Positions 59,833 through 64,000 of a stretch of 64,000 nt of DNA are shown one piece after another; the stretch's first letter is position 1, and every line of letters starts with the position of its first letter. The notes under the pieces are model-generated. The model had not been told where the DNA came from. It saw only the letters and a list, made by a program, of their open reading frames with translations, and did no database searches. The stretch is taken from positions 173,610-237,609 of IMG/VR virus record IMGVR_UViG_3300045972_000138; one strand, 5' to 3'. Position numbers and translations under genes: made by a program.

Positions 59833-62800
59833 ATGAGTACATATCAAATATTTCAAGCATGGCAACACAAGGAATTATTCCTGAAAGCGGATGTCTGGCT
59901 AACTACTGTAGAAGACGGTGCGGAATGGAATTGGAAGCGTGGTAGGTCTACTATAAATGGAGTAGAGTATCCTGCTGCTGTAAATATAGAGCATGAAGAA
60001 GATTTGTTAGCATTCAAATTAAAGTTTGGTGAATTACTAAGATGAAAACTATACGTGTGGGCTCTTGGCCTTTTCCAACTGGTGTAGCCGCAGAGCGACA
60101 AGTGTGGCTATTAGAATTACCTAAAATGAAGAATGGAAGCCCTGCATATACATATGATAGTGGGTTAACATTTTCTAGAATAATATTTAAACGCAATGAA
60201 GATGCAACTGCTTTTAGGTTAAAGTTTGATCTATGAATATTATTATTGAACCACCTGTCAGCGATTATTATATTGTACAGGTTGATGTTACTGATGCTAT
60301 GTTAGCCGAGGATCCGTGGGGCAGAGAATGGTTTCCGGAAATAGAAGCGTGGTGCCACCAAACGCTCGGGCAACAAGATATGTGGGGCGAACCCGTAGTA
60401 ACTGGCTGGAAGCGTATGCGTAATAAGTTTTTCTTTGCAGATGAAGATATGCTTACTATGTTTAAGTTAGTGTGGGGTGGACCTGTAGAGTGAAAGCAAC
60501 AGGTGACACCGTTTGCCAAGTTACTGTCGGTGATGGTACTCTGTATGAGTTCGAATACTACACATATACTATGCAAGCCGAATACTTTGTTAGACGCGAT
60601 TGGGTTAAAGAGAATATAGGAATATTCGGTAAAGACTATTATCATCACCAAGGTACATGGTGGTTTAAAACAGAAGAAGATTTGTTAGCATTTATATTAA
60701 GGTTTGACTACGGAAGAAATAATGTATAATCTAAAGGTAATAAAGGATGGTCGGTCTAATAGCGATGGCGATGACCTCTGGGATCACTTTGTTGATTGGG
60801 TTGTGGATACACGCGGTGTACGGTATGTAGATACTGTATTATCTGAAATGAACGCAAAGAACATAAATGGTACTCCGTACATACAGTTTCGGTCCGAAGA
60901 GGATGCAATCGTATTTAAGTTGAGGTTTACATAATGTTCGAATTGGGTGCCGACTATGAATGGAATTAATTTGGGTAGGAAAGAACCTACCTGGTCATTT
61001 GTTAAGTTTCCCGACTTTGATCAAAGAGCAGAATGGAAAATATCAGGTGATACCTTAACTGATTACAGGGCATTTTTGGAAACAAATGCAGGACCAGAAA
61101 CCGATACCTGGTACTGGCTCCGGGGTGACAGATTCGCACAAGGCGTGTATATTAGTGATGCGTCTGTAGCAGTAATGTTTAAATTGAAATTTGATTTATC
61201 GTAATGTTGCAGCAGGACTTCGACGGATGGTATATAATTAACGGACCTAATTCTGTTAGGATATATAAATCGTTGGACTGGTGTAAGAAAAATCTTCCTG
61301 CTGATATATGGGAATATTCTTGGCATAATGGGGTCTTCTCATTTAAGAATAGTACAGATGCGTTAATGTTTAAACTTTTATTTGATGATGATTGTAGATC
61401 AAGGGATACTCAACAAAGTGTGGACTAACTGGCTCAGAAAAAAATTTACTGATCCATACATAGTAAGATCTAACAGCACGGATTATTCGCGGGTTGCAAG
61501 ACGTTCGCATATTGCACAGGAATTTGAAATGTGGTTATGGGCAGAAGGTGCAGCCGTTAGGCGTGCTAACAAGAAATGCACTTTAGAATTCTTTGATGAA
61601 GCAGATGCATTAGCCTTTGTTCTAAGAAACAGTTAATATGATTAAATCAGAATTGAAATTAACAGATAGTCGTAGTGTTGTGTATGTTGCAGCAACAGAG
61701 GTGCAACCCTGGATGGAAGAAACTTTTGGCAAGAAAGAAAACGGTAAGCGCAGGCAATGGTCTGTAAGGGCAGATTACCATAATCGTAAGATTATTATTA
61801 TGACACGTATCCCGGAACAGGCTGTAATAGTTAGATTGCGATGGGGTTCGATATGACATACCTATTAGACACTGGATTGCCTACTGCTACCGCTCCGTGG
61901 TTTGCTAACTTCATTAATATGTGTGCCGACGAATCGCAGTCTAAGGTTAATTTAGAAGATTCATTCAGAAGTAATTTAGCAAAGTATAACGGGCGCGGTA
62001 CCAAGAGTGCCTTTATCGAATTCGATACTCCAGAAGATGCAGTTGCTTTTGTGCTAAAATGGTCGTAACATGTTTATACTAGATGGCTTTAAGATATAAT
62101 AATTCAACTAGAATTTTTCCATACCATGTAAGTTACCCGCGGACTGGCAGCTGGTGGGCCAGCGATTGGAGAGATATGAGCAGTTGGTTAAATGCAACCA
62201 TCGGACCGTGCGTCTATGAATGGGAATATCTTAGCGAGTGCTTTTATTTTAAAACTAAAGAAGATTTATTAATATTCAAATTAAGATGGCTATAACTAAC
62301 GTAATGATACCAATGATTAAGCGAATAATGCCCGGGATACTTGCAAATCAAATTACCGGTATTCACCCCATGCCTGCATCCACAGGTAGCATATTTACTG
62401 TTAAGAATAACTGGTTGTTTAGGGATTATAATAAGAAATATTGGCCACACCAATTTATAGTTGAAAACGATAAACGTAGAGAAGTAGAGAAGTGGTGTTG
62501 GAATCATTTTAATGGCTGGCGTTGGCATAGTAGCCGTGGTAAGTTTGTATTTAAGAAGGCCGATGATGCTATGCTATTTAAAGTAAGATGGGAATGTAGG
62601 TCAGCATGAGCGAACTCATTACACGCCGCAGAGGGCATGAAGATTTTGAAAAGATGCTCAAAATCATCAAATTCTGCGAAAAGCAATTCGGTAAGACAAA
62701 TTGCTTTTACACGTGGGATATCAACTTTGCAGATGATACAGAAGACTACTGTGCATTCAAGTTCTGGGACAATTCAATGGCATCATACCTAAAGTTGATA

Positions 62801-63702
62801 TATCCCGAATTAATGACAAGAGAGCAATTTGATAATAGAATATACGATGAGAGTACTTAACAAAAAATACTGGCCTTACCAATTTGACTTACCTAAAGAA
62901 GTAGTGTATGTCACTGATGTTGACAAGCGCGAAGCGTGGTGTGAGGAAAATCTAAAAGCTAGTCAATGGAGATCGTTCGGGTGGAATATAAAAACTTTTG
63001 CATTTAAGAATGCAGAAGATGCAACTGTGTTTAAGTTAATGTTCAAATGAGCAATATCGTAACGGTTAGTTACACTGTATACGACGAATCACTGAAGTGG
63101 GCAAAAGAACACTGCCCGGGCTATATAACGAACGACTATCATATGATTAGTGAAGATGAACTCGATATATCATATATCGATTTCTTCTTTAGCTTAGATG
63201 CAGAAGAAGATATGACTGCCTTTAAATTAAAATGGGATAAATGACTGGGTACAGATTACGCATTGTTGGCGAAAGCACTGTTAGCAATATGCTACCGGTG
63301 TGGAAAAAATTTGTAGACACAATTAATCTTCCCACAAATCATACACAGTTTATAAGAGTACGAGATGAAAAGTTGTTATACGAATACAATGCTAAAATCG
63401 ACAAAGATAGAAAGCATTTACTCTTTAGATCAGAAACAGATGCAGTAGCATTCAAGTTAAGGCACTCATAAATGGATATGGTTAAAATTGATTTAACCGC
63501 ATATTGGAATAGAATATATGCAGGTACAAGTATTCTAAATACTGCGTCGTTTGCTGAATATAGAGTTATGAGAGAATGGTTAGCAAATACTAATACCCAA
63601 CACGAATTCAAATGGAACGACACAGGAATGTATTTGCCGGATTGCGTGTGGATAGATATAACTAGCGACACAGCAACAATATTTAAGTTGAAGTACCTAT
63701 GA
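59833..63702 (+). CDS. 17 tandem EDxxxFKL family paralogs
   Basis: Starts at 59833, 60042, 60233, 60490, 60722, 60947, 61204, 61382, 61638, 61853, 62083, 62286, 62606, 62847, 63047, 63241 and 63472; most end F-x-x-x-(E/D)-D-x-x-x-F-(K/R)-L-x-(F/W/Y), with a few degenerate copies. Confidence 0.8.
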
Positions 63703-64000
63703 GTATATCCGAAGATATGTTAGCTGACAAATTAAAGGGTCACTCCTTTAAGATGTCTCAATACCAATATGCAGAAGTGCGGAGTCATATTGATCCAGAG
63801 ATGATGTATATTGTTACAGAGTCAGTATATAACTTTATGAATGATCAACCAAGCGACACATATAAAATGTACTCATTCTTTAAAACAATAGTGCGTATTG
63901 TTATTAAAGTTATGTGTGAAAGAGAAAAGTGCGATATTGCACTTAACTCTGATAGAATAGAATCAATAGTGTGGAATAAGTATGAAGCAGTTTGCACTAA
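63699..64000 (+). CDS. hypothetical protein, 3' truncated
   Basis: ATGA-coupled; open to the window end; the SEDMLADKL start resembles the TEDxTF family. Confidence 0.6.
   Translation, partial: MSISEDMLADKLKGHSFKMSQYQYAEVRSHIDPEMMYIVTESVYNFMNDQPSDTYKMYSFFKTIVRIVIKVMCEREKCDIALNSDRIESIVWNKYEAVCT

Overview
This window is part of a large lytic bacteriophage (jumbo/huge phage type). The host is probably a Gram-negative proteobacterium: there are sigma70-like TTGACA/TATAAT promoters, AGGAG Shine-Dalgarno sites, T4-late-like ATAAATA boxes and CGGGG-type lipoproteins. Genes read normally in code 11. Recognisable proteins are a PKD/beta-propeller protein, two homing-type endonucleases, an SleB hydrolase, a GH12 lipoprotein, an HD (p)ppGpp-hydrolase-like protein, an ATP-dependent DNA ligase, an L7/L12 C-terminal domain, YqeY, two SBBP-like propellers, an AAA ATPase, S53, C1A and SprT proteases, and a YafQ/RelE-like protein. 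Most other genes are small and hypothetical, many in paralog arrays (17+2+3 of an EDxxxFKL family, 6 TEDxTF, 4+1 MKTS..AKGD, 4 ASAATHYN). The most unusual content is non-coding. (1) A 2.1-kb RNA island (5180-7334) mixes true tRNAs, tRNA mimics and GGT...ACCA modules, separated by 15-20-bp ACCATAT/ATATGGT hairpins. It includes a tRNA-Arg(UCU) split in the D-loop by a 114-nt insert whose ends form a textbook archaeal-type bulge-helix-bulge splice motif. (2) A complete type I hammerhead ribozyme is followed by a train of micro-ORFs. (3) A promoter- and terminator-bounded ~100-nt RNA displays an anti-Shine-Dalgarno loop complementary to the phage's own early start sites. (4) A dispersed fixed-length 43-bp CCTCG...CGAG DNA motif and a TGTAAAG direct-repeat operator occur in the early-gene region. 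All annotations were made by eye without database searches; family names rest on recognised motifs.
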